DNA from: Candidatus Dormiibacterota bacterium | GTDB lineage: Bacteria > Chloroflexota > Dormibacteria > Aeolococcales > Aeolococcaceae | Direction: 5' to 3' | DNA: 64,000 bases | Assembly: GCA_963709585.1 (NCBI GenBank) | Contig: CAVPXI010000005.1 | Coordinates: 136,183-200,182 of the forward strand | Part shown: one piece after another, positions 10,958 to 20,303 of the stretch | Numbering within the stretch: position 1 is the first letter of the stretch | Layout: the number at the start of each line of letters is the position of its first letter | Notes under the pieces: generated by a model | The model's input: the letters and a program-made list of their open reading frames with translations, nothing else | Told to the model about the DNA's origin: nothing | Databases searched by the model: none | Program-made: the position numbers and the translations under genes

Positions 10958-11177
10958 TGGAGCTTGCCTCCCTCCCCACCGGCAGCCACCGAGCCGCCCT
11001 GTGCGACTCCGGCCTGCTCCTGTCCAGGGATCGCACGATCGTAACAGCGCGATGGAAAGCCTGGGCTGTCACGGATTTGTCCGTTTGCGGGGACCCTCTC
11101 GACCGTGTACTGTTACCCGGTAACTATCACCAACCCGGGCGCCGTATCACAACGCGCCGGACGGAGGAACAAGGCGC

Positions 11178-11513
11178 GTGTCGGTAGACCAGACTTTACG
11201 TTGCCGCGATTGCGGCGTCGATTTCATTTGGACTGAGGGCGAGCAGGACTTTTTTGCCTCTCGTGGCCTCACAAACCCCCCTTCTCGCTGCCCCAGCTGC
11301 AGAGCGGCACGTCGCCAGAGCGGCGGTGGTGGTGGCGGCGGCGGCTTTGGCGGTAGTGGTGGTGGCGGCGGTGGTGGATACCGCAGCAACGGCCCTCGCC
11401 AGATGTACGAGGTCCCCTGTGCTGGGTGTGGCGGCGTGGCGCGCGTCCCCTTCCAGCCTCGCGGCGACAAGCCCGTTTACTGCAGCGACTGCTTCCGCGC
11501 CGCGCCTCGGTGA
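11178..11513 (+). CDS. Zinc-ribbon protein with Gly-rich linker and CxxC-x17-CxxC domain
   Basis: CRDC..FxxGEQDFF..RCPSC and VPFQPRGDKPVYCSDCF; GGAGG SD. Confidence 0.88.
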   Translation: MSVDQTLRCRDCGVDFIWTEGEQDFFASRGLTNPPSRCPSCRAARRQSGGGGGGGGFGGSGGGGGGGYRSNGPRQMYEVPCAGCGGVARVPFQPRGDKPVYCSDCFRAAPR

Positions 11514-11782
11514 GTGACAGCGGCCCCATCGCGGTGGGGACGAGGGTCAGTTTCCCCTACGGCGGCAGCCGGCGCACGGGCACGGTGCATGAGGTGTCGA
11601 TGATCCCCGACCAGTCGGGGGGGAGTTCGCTCGCCTACATCATCGACGTCGGCTCAAAGAAGGTGTTCGTCCAGGGCGGAGAAGGCATCACCCCGGCCTC
11701 CGGGCCGGGGGTGGCCTTCGACCCCGTCGCCGAGGGCGTCGCCTACGGGCGTAAGCGTCCTCGGAATCCGCGCAACCGATAG
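11510..11782 (+). CDS. Hypothetical protein, SH3/KOW-like beta pattern
   Basis: GTGA overlap with previous stop; GTRVSFPYGG..GTV. Confidence 0.5.
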   Translation: MSDSGPIAVGTRVSFPYGGSRRTGTVHEVSMIPDQSGGSSLAYIIDVGSKKVFVQGGEGITPASGPGVAFDPVAEGVAYGRKRPRNPRNR

Positions 11783-11856
11783 TCACGATCGGGGGGCGAT
11801 GTCCCGTGGCTCGGGCGTGACCGCGTGAGCACGGGATGCTGGCTATTCTGTGAGTG

Positions 11857-12573
11857 ATGGCTTCTGATCTCACCGCGGATACGGCGCATCCGTCGCTCAA
11901 GCACGCGCGCAAGCGGATCCGTCTCTGGATGGTGCTGCTCGCGGTTGGCGTCGCATCCATCCTCGCGGGTGGCGCGTTGATCGCCGGCCCGATCATCGGC
12001 GTCCTGCAGCGCGGAGCCGCTGACTTGACGGCGCTCAAGCACTGGAAGGTCAGCCCCGCGCATCCCGCCGCCCCCGCCCCCGCACCGGTGGCCTCAGCGT
12101 CGCCCGCGTGCGGGACGAGCTCGCCGACGGACTTCGCGCTCGTGAGCTTCGAGGCCCCCGCTCAATACCACTACGCTGCGGTCGCCGGCAACGGCACCTG
12201 GGCGCTCCTGGATTCGCGGTCAATGGTTCATTACTCGGGAACGCCCAGTCCCGGTCAGCAGGGGAACGTGATCGTCGCCTTCCATCGGGAACCGGACTTC
12301 CAGCACATCGACGAGCTCAAGGTCGGCGACACCATCTCGATACAGAATCGCACCTGTCAGACCTTCGTCTACAGGGTCACCAACCGCTGGGATCTCGCCC
12401 CCAGCCGCGTGACGCAGCTCAGCCCCACCTCCGGACACGAGCTCACCCTGATCACGTGCGATCCCTGGTGGCAGGACTACAACCGCTTGGTCTGGCGCGC
12501 CGAGTTGATCTCCGCGCCGGCGCCGAGCTCACCGGGATCGACGGGCGGATCGGTGGCCAACCCCGCCTTCTGA
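11857..12573 (+). CDS. Sortase (class D/E-like)
   Basis: N-terminal TM, GNVIVAFH, LTLITC, downstream Arg. Confidence 0.9.
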   Translation: MASDLTADTAHPSLKHARKRIRLWMVLLAVGVASILAGGALIAGPIIGVLQRGAADLTALKHWKVSPAHPAAPAPAPVASASPACGTSSPTDFALVSFEAPAQYHYAAVAGNGTWALLDSRSMVHYSGTPSPGQQGNVIVAFHREPDFQHIDELKVGDTISIQNRTCQTFVYRVTNRWDLAPSRVTQLSPTSGHELTLITCDPWWQDYNRLVWRAELISAPAPSSPGSTGGSVANPAF

Positions 12574-12588
12574 GGCAGCCGGGAGTCG

Positions 12589-13233
12589 CTACTTCGTGAA
12601 ACCCTCGAGGGGACCGGGTAGAGCAGCTTCGGCGACCGCCTCGAGGCGCTTGATGTTCATGCGCACGAAGACCGCGCCGGCCACGATCACCACGACGGCG
12701 AGAGCTCCGAGCCCGAGCGCGACCGGCGTGCTCAGCGTCGCGATCACCCCACTTGCCAGATACGCGCCCACGCCGTAAAGCGTCGCCCACACGATTCCGC
12801 CCAGGGCATTGGCGACGAGAAAACGCGTCCAGTGCATCCGGTTGGTGCCGGCGAGAAAGGCTGCATACGTGCGCAGCACGGAGACGAACCGTCCGAAGAA
12901 GACAACCTTGGCGCCGTGGCGCATGAAGATGTACCGCCCCACCTTCAGCTTGGCCTCGTCGAGTCGGATGTACCTGCCGAAGCGGCGCAGGAGCGGATAG
13001 CCGCCATACCAGCCGATGCCGAAGCCGATGTTGTCTCCGACCACGGCGCCGATGATCGCCGCCGCGATGATCCCGACGATCGACAACTGATGCGTCGTGG
13101 CAGCGAACACCGCGGCGGTGATCAGCATCGTCTCCCCCGGGAGCGGGACCCCCAGGCTCTCGACACCCACGAAAAGCGCTACGGCGAAGTAGCCAATGCT
13201 CTGCAGCCAGCCGTAGAGACCCTGTGCCGCCAT
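12589..13233 (-). CDS. DedA family membrane protein
   Basis: ESLGVPLPGE, GDNIGF, FFGRFV. Confidence 0.93.
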   Translation of the reverse strand: MAAQGLYGWLQSIGYFAVALFVGVESLGVPLPGETMLITAAVFAATTHQLSIVGIIAAAIIGAVVGDNIGFGIGWYGGYPLLRRFGRYIRLDEAKLKVGRYIFMRHGAKVVFFGRFVSVLRTYAAFLAGTNRMHWTRFLVANALGGIVWATLYGVGAYLASGVIATLSTPVALGLGALAVVVIVAGAVFVRMNIKRLEAVAEAALPGPLEGFTK

Positions 13234-13238
13234 CCTGC

Positions 13239-14801
13239 TCAGACAGGCGGAACAGGATGGTGCCGCGAGACGTCCGCCCGATCTCTCGACCGGTAAGCGG
13301 CGAAGCGGCGGACCAACTCCGCGCGCAGTTCGGCCGGAAGGACCACGGCGTCGACGACGAGTTCCGACGCGAGCCGGAAGATGTCGATGTCATCGCGGTA
13401 CTCGTCCTCGAGTCGTTTGACGAAGGCGGCCCGATCGTCTTCCGGCGTGTCCTGGATCTTGTTGTAGTAGACGGCGTTGATCGCTGCCTCCGGGCCCATC
13501 ACCGCGATCTGCGCGCTGGGCAGAGCGAGGGTGCAGTCGGGTTCGAACGCCGGTCCGCTCATGGCGTACAGCCCGGCGCCGTACGCCTTGCGCAGGATCA
13601 CCGAGACGCGCGGCACCTGCGCCTGCGCAAGCGCGGCGATCATCTTGGCGCCATGCCGGATGATCCCCTGGCGCTCGACGGCGGTTCCGATCATGAACCC
13701 GGGGACATCGGCGAGAAACAAGAGAGGGACGTTGAACGCGTCGCAGCACGTGATGAAGCGCGTCGCCTTGTCCGCGGAATCCACGAAGAGCACGCCGCCC
13801 TTGAAGCGAGGCTGAGAGGCGAGGACTCCAACCGAGCGACCGTCGATTCGGGCGAAGCCGCAGACGATCTCACGCGCAAACAGGCGCTTGATCTCGAAGA
13901 ATGACCCCTCGTCGATGACCCCGTCGATGAACGCCATGACGTCGTAGCCTTTCGACGCCTCGGCAGGAATCACGTTGCTGATGTCCTCGCTTCCCGGCGC
14001 AACGTCGAGGGATGGCGCGACCGGTGGTGCATCCCGCCAGGACTGCGGCAGATATTCGAGGTAGCGCCGCGCCGCCACGATGGCCGCGTCCTCGTCGGCG
14101 ACCAGCACGTCGCCGCAGCCGCTCACCGTGCAGTGCATGCGCGCGCCGCCCATCTCCTCGAGCGTCACATTCTCGCCGACGACCACTTCGGCCATGCGCG
14201 GCGAGCCAAGGTACATCGAGGCATTGCCCTCCACCATGATCACGATGTCGCAGAACGCCGGGATGTAGGCGCCGCCCGCGGCGCTCGGCCCGAAGAGCAC
14301 GCACACCTGCGGGACCTGACCGGAAAGTCGAACCTGCATATGGAAGATGCGGCCCGCATGGCGTCGCCCTGGGAACATCGCCACCTGTTCGGTGATGCGC
14401 GCCCCCGCTGAGTCGACGAGGTACACGAGTGGAATCTGCAGTCGCTCTGCGGTCTCCTGAATGCGGATGATCTTCTCGACGGTGCGCGGACCCCACGATC
14501 CGGCTTTGACCGTCGGGTCGTTGGCCATCACCGCACACGCCCTGCCGTGCATCACGCCGATACCGGTGACGACCCCCTCAGCCGCCAGTTCCGGATTCTC
14601 CGTGCCCGCGAGGAGCCCATCCTCGATGAACTCCGCACCCAGGTCGAAGACACGCGCGATCCGTTCGCGGGGCATCAACTTGTTCTGGGTCGCCAGTTTG
14701 TCTCGATGCCGTTGCGGGCCACCGGCTCGCGCTCGTTCCAGCCGCTCGGGGACAGCCTCAGCCAACGCTCGTCTCCGCGACCGTCTCCTGGGGCTCGCCA
14801 C
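13239..14801 (-). CDS. Acyl-CoA carboxylase beta subunit (methylcrotonyl-CoA carboxylase-like)
   Basis: LVDSAGAR, GGAYIPAF, DVPGFMIG, KAYGAG; adjacent to HMG-CoA lyase. Confidence 0.9.
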   Translation of the reverse strand: MASPRRRSRRRALAEAVPERLERARAGGPQRHRDKLATQNKLMPRERIARVFDLGAEFIEDGLLAGTENPELAAEGVVTGIGVMHGRACAVMANDPTVKAGSWGPRTVEKIIRIQETAERLQIPLVYLVDSAGARITEQVAMFPGRRHAGRIFHMQVRLSGQVPQVCVLFGPSAAGGAYIPAFCDIVIMVEGNASMYLGSPRMAEVVVGENVTLEEMGGARMHCTVSGCGDVLVADEDAAIVAARRYLEYLPQSWRDAPPVAPSLDVAPGSEDISNVIPAEASKGYDVMAFIDGVIDEGSFFEIKRLFAREIVCGFARIDGRSVGVLASQPRFKGGVLFVDSADKATRFITCCDAFNVPLLFLADVPGFMIGTAVERQGIIRHGAKMIAALAQAQVPRVSVILRKAYGAGLYAMSGPAFEPDCTLALPSAQIAVMGPEAAINAVYYNKIQDTPEDDRAAFVKRLEDEYRDDIDIFRLASELVVDAVVLPAELRAELVRRFAAYRSRDRADVSRHHPVPPV

Positions 14802-15684
14802 TCCAGATTCCCGCGCGGTAGAGCTTGCCCGGAAGGTCGCGGCGGAGATCGGACGCGAGCATCTCCGCCACCGCGCACATCGCGGCGAGGTCGATGCCGG
14901 TCACGGCTCCGAGTGCATGCAGCGCCTGCAGCGCGTCCTCGGTGCAGACGTTGCCGGTCGAGCGCGGCGCGAAGGGGCAACCACCGACACCACCAACCGA
15001 ACCGTCGAAACGGCGAACCCCGGAGTCGAATGCGGCGATCACGTTGGCAACGCCGAGCCCGCGCGTGTCGTGCACGTGCAGCGACAGCCGGTCGATCGGC
15101 ACGGACATGGCTGCGAGCGCGCACATCGCGGTGACATCGACAGGAGTTGCCACGCCGATCGTGTCGGCGACACCCACCTCCGCGGCACCGCGCGCAACCA
15201 GATCCGCGCACAACTCGACGACCCGCGCCGGCGCGACCCTTCCCTCGAATGGACAGCCGAAACTCACCGAAACGGCGACGTCGACGATGCAGGCGCGCTC
15301 GCCGGCGAGCTCGACGATGTGCGAGATCTCGTCGAGCGACTCGTTCACACTGCGATTGACGTTGCGCCGATTGAACGAGTTGGTCGCGGCGATGGTGACG
15401 AGCACATTTCGCACCCCGTGCGCGAGCGCAAGCTCGAGGCCGCGGAGGTTGGGGATAAGCACGCGCAGCCGCGCAAGCTCACCCTGCAGTCCGGCGATCA
15501 CCGCGGGTGCATCCGCCAGTTGCGGGACCCAGCTCGGCGAAACGAACGACGTTGCCTCGACACGCGGCACACCTGCATCGAGCAGCCCGCGAACCAGCCG
15601 GATCTTCGCTTCGGTGCTCAGGGTGTCGGCGATGTTCTGGAGGCCGTCACGAGGAGCGACGTCGGTCCAGAGCACCTCGTTCAC
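14758..15684 (-). CDS. Hydroxymethylglutaryl-CoA lyase
   Basis: PRDGLQN, HVHDTRG, GGCPFAP..TGNV. Confidence 0.93.
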   Translation of the reverse strand: MNEVLWTDVAPRDGLQNIADTLSTEAKIRLVRGLLDAGVPRVEATSFVSPSWVPQLADAPAVIAGLQGELARLRVLIPNLRGLELALAHGVRNVLVTIAATNSFNRRNVNRSVNESLDEISHIVELAGERACIVDVAVSVSFGCPFEGRVAPARVVELCADLVARGAAEVGVADTIGVATPVDVTAMCALAAMSVPIDRLSLHVHDTRGLGVANVIAAFDSGVRRFDGSVGGVGGCPFAPRSTGNVCTEDALQALHALGAVTGIDLAAMCAVAEMLASDLRRDLPGKLYRAGIWSGEPQETVAETSVG

Positions 15685-15758
15685 GCGGTATGGCCTCCCA
15701 GGGATGAGCGCTGCCCCTTCACCGTAGCAAACCCGAGGGCTACACTCTCGCCAAGCCG

Positions 15759-16436
15759 ATGCCGCGGTTCCGCGTTCCCGACTACATCCGAACCACCTTC
15801 GCGGTCAGCGATTGGCGCGCTTTCCGCCTGTGCGGCATGGACGAGGTCGGTCGCGGCGCGTATGCCGGCCCGCTGGTTGCCGCCGCGGTGGTGCTGCCAC
15901 AGCGCTTCCGTCACCCGTTGCTCCGCGACAGCAAGTTGCTGACCGCAAAGCAGCGCGAGCTGGTTGGAGCGGTGCTTCGGGAGCGGGCGGTGGCCTGGGC
16001 GGTCGCCGAGGTGAGCGTGGACGACATCAACGCGCGCGGTCTCGGGTGGGCGAACGTCGAGATCTTCCGGAGGCTGGTCGACGCCGTCGACGCCGACGGG
16101 TACTGCTGTGACGGCAACCTGCGCATCCCGGTGTCGCGTCCGCTTCACTCACTGGTCGCCGGCGACCGCAAGGTGCCGGCGGTCTCGGCTGCGTCGATCA
16201 TCGCCAAGGTCCATCGCGACGCGCTGATGACCCGCATGCACGACGACGCGCCTCACTACAACTGGGCGAGCAACAAGGGGTATGGCGCCCCCGAGCACCG
16301 AGCGGCAATCCGAGAATACGGTCCACACCCAGCGCACCGGCGCGTCTTCCTCGCGTCAGTCATGCAGACCGAGCTCGACCTGACGGGAGCCGTTGCTCAG
16401 TGCGCCGTCTCAGCCCCCGGAGTGGGAGCCGGCTGA
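15759..16436 (+). CDS. rnhB: Ribonuclease HII
   Basis: DEVGRG, DSKLL, AASIIAKV.RD, NKGYG, HRR. Confidence 0.95.
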   Translation: MPRFRVPDYIRTTFAVSDWRAFRLCGMDEVGRGAYAGPLVAAAVVLPQRFRHPLLRDSKLLTAKQRELVGAVLRERAVAWAVAEVSVDDINARGLGWANVEIFRRLVDAVDADGYCCDGNLRIPVSRPLHSLVAGDRKVPAVSAASIIAKVHRDALMTRMHDDAPHYNWASNKGYGAPEHRAAIREYGPHPAHRRVFLASVMQTELDLTGAVAQCAVSAPGVGAG

Positions 16437-16443
16437 CCCTCGG

Positions 16444-16671
16444 TCAGTTGGCGCCGCAGCCGCAGCTGCCGCCGCAGCAACCGCCACCGCCGCTCACCCC
16501 GGGGGAATCGTCCGACCCGGAGCCGGCGTGGACCGCCACCCGGCTGATGAGCGGCATGCTGGCCCGGCTCTCGCAGCTCGGACAGACGGCGGCGACTTCA
16601 CGATCGGCCATCGGGCGGAGCAGCTCGAACACGGCCGAGCAGTCGTTGCAGCGGTATTCGTACAGAGGCAT
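16444..16671 (-). CDS. FmdB family zinc-ribbon protein
   Basis: MPLYEYRCNDC...CPSC, Cys/Gly-rich tail. Confidence 0.88.
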   Translation of the reverse strand: MPLYEYRCNDCSAVFELLRPMADREVAAVCPSCESRASMPLISRVAVHAGSGSDDSPGVSGGGGCCGGSCGCGAN

Positions 16672-16701
16672 TGGCACAAGCGTACGCACGATCACGACGA
16701 T

Positions 16702-16731
16702 TTGACAAGTCGAACATCCGTTCGGTACACT
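16702..16731 (+). promoter_or_regulatory. Sigma70-type promoter containing a LexA (SOS) box
   Basis: TTGACA 16702-16707, CGAAC-ATCC-GTTCG 16711-16724, TACACT 16726-16731, ATG 6 nt later. Confidence 0.8.
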
Positions 16732-16737
16732 CGACCC

Positions 16738-17052
16738 ATGCCCATCCGCACCATCGAGCTTCAACTCCCGCTCGACGCCGATGAGGCCGGATCGCTCGCT
16801 CGGCGTCGCGTCACCCATCTCGCGACGGTCGACGGGCTCGATCCGGCCGCCTTCGTCAAGTTGATCCGATTCTTTCCGTCACTGCGGGCAATCTACGGCG
16901 CATCCGAGGCTGAGCTGGCCCGGCTCGTCGGGCCTGTGGCAGCCGCACGCATCAGATGGTTTCTCGACGCACCGCTGGACACGGCGCTTGCTCGCGAGGC
17001 CTCACCGATCAACCTTCGAGACATCGCGCCCCCGCTTTCCTCCGCCGCCTGA
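16738..17052 (+). CDS. Small tandem helix-hairpin-helix-like protein
   Basis: LATVDGLD..KLIRFFPSLRAIYGASEAELARLVGPVAAARI resembles UvrC/XPF C-terminal (HhH)2. Confidence 0.65.
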   Translation: MPIRTIELQLPLDADEAGSLARRRVTHLATVDGLDPAAFVKLIRFFPSLRAIYGASEAELARLVGPVAAARIRWFLDAPLDTALAREASPINLRDIAPPLSSAA

Positions 17053-17174
17053 CCTGTCACCGGCCCTGCGTATACGGAGCGTTGAACAGTGCAGGCGACG
17101 TAGAATCAATCTTTTGGTGCCATATCAATCGCTTGGCGCCATACGTCGCAGGTGAGAACGGAGGTTGTTGCAGC

Positions 17175-17799
17175 ATGCGGAGTCGACGTTCGAGAGCCGC
17201 CCTGCTTGACCGCGGTCGCGCGGCAGATACGATCAGTGATCTTGCCGATCACGCGGTGACACTGGCGCGCGGTGCAGGGAGCGCGGCGCTTCCGACTGTG
17301 CAGCGCGGCGCGGAAGGATTGAGCCAGGTCCTCCAGACGGCGGCCGGTACCCTGGCGGATACCGCCGGGCAGATCGCCTCAGACGAGAAGGTCGTCGCGG
17401 CGAGCAACGCCGCTCGTGAACGGATCGCAGACGTGTCAGGCAAGCTGAGCAGCGCCGTCCGCCCGAAGAAGAAGACACATCGCGTGCGCAATCTCCTGAT
17501 CGGAGCGGCCGTGGTCGGCGGAGTGTTCGCGCTCATCCAGTCGCCGCTCCGCGCCAAGATCCAGGAGCGCCTCTTCGGCCCGCCGCCATCCGATGATGAC
17601 GATCTTCCGCAGATCACCCTGCCCGACGATGATCCTCATGTCGAGATCACCGATCTGACCAAGGCATCGAAGTCCGAGGCCGACGCGGCAACCGACGTCG
17701 TCGGTACCCCGGTGGTCGCCGAGTTCGACGTCGCGCGCCGGACGAGGCCACGGTCACAACCACGACGAACCCACCGACAACCAGGAGACCAATGCCTGA
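17175..17799 (+). CDS. Hypothetical membrane-anchored protein (apparent frameshift at about 17723)
   Basis: Ala-rich helical N-terminus, one TM helix; removing one T at GAGTTC gives a stop at 17797-17799 overlapping the next ATG. Confidence 0.6.
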
Positions 17800-18409
17800 C
17801 GACCGCCCCTATCAGGGTCGTCCATCTTCGGACCGTCCCTCGTTCTCCGGCCCCCGGCAGTTCTCGGGCCCTCGACCCAATTTCAACAACAACGATTCCC
17901 GCCCGCCCTACCGACCGGCGCCGCGGGTCGAGGTTCCAGCCGCGCCGATCGCCCACTCGCTGCGGCTTCGCGACGGTGAGCGCGAGATCGAAGTGAGTGG
18001 ATCAGCGGCGTTCGTCCGCCAGGTCCTCGACGACCTTCCCGCGATGTGGACGCGCCTGCACGGCGAAGGGTCGACGCGGCCCGCTCGGATCGACCTCCCC
18101 GCACGCAGTGAGGCCCCCGCTCCTGCGCCGGCAGAGCATCGCAATCACGTGCCCGAGAGTGCGCCCGAGCCGGCGAGGACGGCGGTGTCCGCTGCCCCTT
18201 CAAACGGCAAGCACACGGCAACTCGCAGCACCCCGGATGACAAGGTGCTGGCGGTCCTCAAGGACTCGACGCGGCCCCTCGCCGTCGCCGCCATCCGGAA
18301 GCGTCTCGGTGGCAGCTTCACGCCCCAGCAGGTCCGCCGCATCCTCGAGCGGAACGCGCCGAAGGTGTCGGTCACGGACGAGCGGCCGGCCACCTACCGT
18401 CTGCGCTGA
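17792..18409 (+). CDS. Hypothetical protein with possible C-terminal winged HTH
   Basis: AGGAG SD; EREIEVSGSAAFV domain; KVLAVLK..RPLAVAAIRKRL...ATYRL. Confidence 0.6.
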   Translation: MPDDRPYQGRPSSDRPSFSGPRQFSGPRPNFNNNDSRPPYRPAPRVEVPAAPIAHSLRLRDGEREIEVSGSAAFVRQVLDDLPAMWTRLHGEGSTRPARIDLPARSEAPAPAPAEHRNHVPESAPEPARTAVSAAPSNGKHTATRSTPDDKVLAVLKDSTRPLAVAAIRKRLGGSFTPQQVRRILERNAPKVSVTDERPATYRLR

Positions 18410-18497
18410 CGTCGCAGCGGCCTGAGCCGGTACGCTTCAGGCCCGGGCTCGAGGTTTCCTGCCGTGCTCATAATTGAGCGGGCAGGGAACTGAAATC

Positions 18498-18965
18498 ATG
18501 CGCTGTCCACTCCGCGTCCTCATGATCGTGCTGCTCGTCTGCATGACCGCCTGCGGATCGGCTGCGGCCGACGGAGGCCCGACCGGCTCGGGCAGCCCGG
18601 CGCCCACTCCATACCCCACCCCGGTCGGCGGCCTCGGCCACCGTCCATCGACGCCGGTGAGGATCACCCTGCTCGCCCCCACAAATCGGGAGGTCGTCCG
18701 TGGCACCACGCTGGTCGTCAAGGTGTCGGTCACCGGCGGGGTGGTGACCACGGTGACCACCGGCGACATCACCCCCACCAAGGGTCACGTCCACCTCTAC
18801 CTGAACAACCAGCTCATCCTCATGAGCTACACCCTGTCGCAGCCGATCACCGTCAAGCCCGGCCTCGAGTACTCGATGTACGCGGAGTTCGTCGCCCAGG
18901 ACCACTTCCCGTTCGAACCCCGGGATGTCACCCCGACGATCTTCTTCACCGTCGCGCCGGGCTGA
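18498..18965 (+). CDS. Putative lipoprotein, Ig-like fold with GHVHLYL motif
   Basis: Signal peptide with lipobox MTAC; beta-rich body. Confidence 0.7.
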   Translation: MRCPLRVLMIVLLVCMTACGSAAADGGPTGSGSPAPTPYPTPVGGLGHRPSTPVRITLLAPTNREVVRGTTLVVKVSVTGGVVTTVTTGDITPTKGHVHLYLNNQLILMSYTLSQPITVKPGLEYSMYAEFVAQDHFPFEPRDVTPTIFFTVAPG

Positions 18966-18977
18966 CCGAGAGCGGCG

Positions 18978-19493
18978 TTGATCGCGCACATCGTCGGCAG
19001 CCTCCCGCTGCCGCTGCAATGGGCGCTGGCGCTGCTGATCTTCGGTGGCGGCCTCCTGGTCTTCGCGGTGCGGCGGAGCGCGCTCCGGATCGCCGGAGGC
19101 GCGGCCGCCGTCTGTGGCGCCGGCGGCCTGCTCGCAAGCTGGGTGCTCAGCCCCGCGCTGCTGGCGGCGGCACCGTACGCTGTGCGCATCGTGTCGCCCG
19201 CACCCGGAGCCGAAGTCGGCGCGCCGCTGACGCTCACGGTGTGCGGAGTGCCGGCGTCCGGCGGGCTGGTTCCGGCCACGTCCGCCCAGTACTACCTCGC
19301 GATCATCGTCGACGGCGTCCAGGCGCCGACCGTGGATGTCTGGCACGTCCCCGTCGAACTCTCCTCCGGGCGGCACACCGTCGAGGTGGAGCTCGTATCG
19401 CCCAACCATCAGGCGTTCAATCCACCGGCGACCTTCAAGGAGACCATCACCGTGGTTGCGGGCGCGGCTGCCGCCGGACCGGGTTCCTGTTGA
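18978..19493 (+). CDS. Membrane-anchored exported protein, paralogous to the upstream lipoprotein
   Basis: Two TM helices then VRIVSPAPG...GRHTVEVELVSPNH. Confidence 0.65.
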   Translation: MIAHIVGSLPLPLQWALALLIFGGGLLVFAVRRSALRIAGGAAAVCGAGGLLASWVLSPALLAAAPYAVRIVSPAPGAEVGAPLTLTVCGVPASGGLVPATSAQYYLAIIVDGVQAPTVDVWHVPVELSSGRHTVEVELVSPNHQAFNPPATFKETITVVAGAAAAGPGSC

Positions 19494-20191
19494 CGGACGA
19501 CCGCCACGCGCACATCCTCGTCGTCGAAGACGACACGGCGCTGCGCGAGATCCTCGCCGGCGCCCTCAACGCGGCCGGGTATGAGACATCCCTCGCCGCC
19601 CACGGCATCACTGCGTCGCAGATGCTCCGCGACGCCGGCACGATCGACATCGTCCTGCTCGATATCGGCCTTCCCTTCGTCGACGGCTGGCAGATCCTCG
19701 AACAGATGGACAGTCACCAGCGCCCCGCGGTCATCGTGATCAGCGCTCGAGGCGAGGAGACCGACAAAGTTCGCGCCCTCGACCTCGGAGCGGACGACTA
19801 CCTTGCCAAGCCCTTCGGGGCGGACGAATTGCTCGCCCGGGTACGCGCTGTGCTGCGCAGGGTCAGACCGCCAGACAGCGCTGGGGGCATCGTCGTCCAG
19901 GGCAGTGTCCGCATCGACCTCGGCGCGCGCTCGGTAACCCGCGGCGGCTTGGAGGTGCGACTTTCCCCAACCGAGTGGCGGCTGCTCGCAGAGCTGGCCC
20001 GCAACGCAGGGGCCACGATCGACCACCGCACGCTGCTCCAGCACGTCTGGGGACCGCAGCACGCGGACGAGTTGAACTACCTCCGCACATTCGCGCAGCG
20101 CCTCCGGGTCAAGCTCGAGGAGGATCCGGCGCACCCCGAGATCGTGGTGACGGTTGGACGCCAGGGGTACCGATTCGGGCCACCTCGTTGA
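19490..20191 (+). CDS. kdpE: OmpR-family response regulator, KdpE-like
   Basis: ILVVEDD, LLDIGLP, KVRALDLGADDYLAKPF, LRVKLEEDPAHP; located in the kdp locus. Confidence 0.85.
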   Translation: MTDDRHAHILVVEDDTALREILAGALNAAGYETSLAAHGITASQMLRDAGTIDIVLLDIGLPFVDGWQILEQMDSHQRPAVIVISARGEETDKVRALDLGADDYLAKPFGADELLARVRAVLRRVRPPDSAGGIVVQGSVRIDLGARSVTRGGLEVRLSPTEWRLLAELARNAGATIDHRTLLQHVWGPQHADELNYLRTFAQRLRVKLEEDPAHPEIVVTVGRQGYRFGPPR

Positions 20192-20216
20192 TGCTCCGTT
20201 GACGGCGTCATTGAGA
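20188..20216 (+). promoter_or_regulatory. TTGA-core direct repeats, candidate KdpE site
   Basis: TTGATG 20188, TTGACG 20199, TTGAGA 20211. Confidence 0.4.
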
Positions 20217-20303
20217 TCATGGCGTGCGATGGCGTCGAATCTGTCCAGCGGAGCTTGAAGTGCGGTTGTCGAACGGCCGTATAGAGGCGGCATCGAGCCC
20301 CTC

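Noticed and set aside
11320-11380. GGC/GGT repeat tract
   Set aside because: Gly-rich linker of the zinc-ribbon protein.
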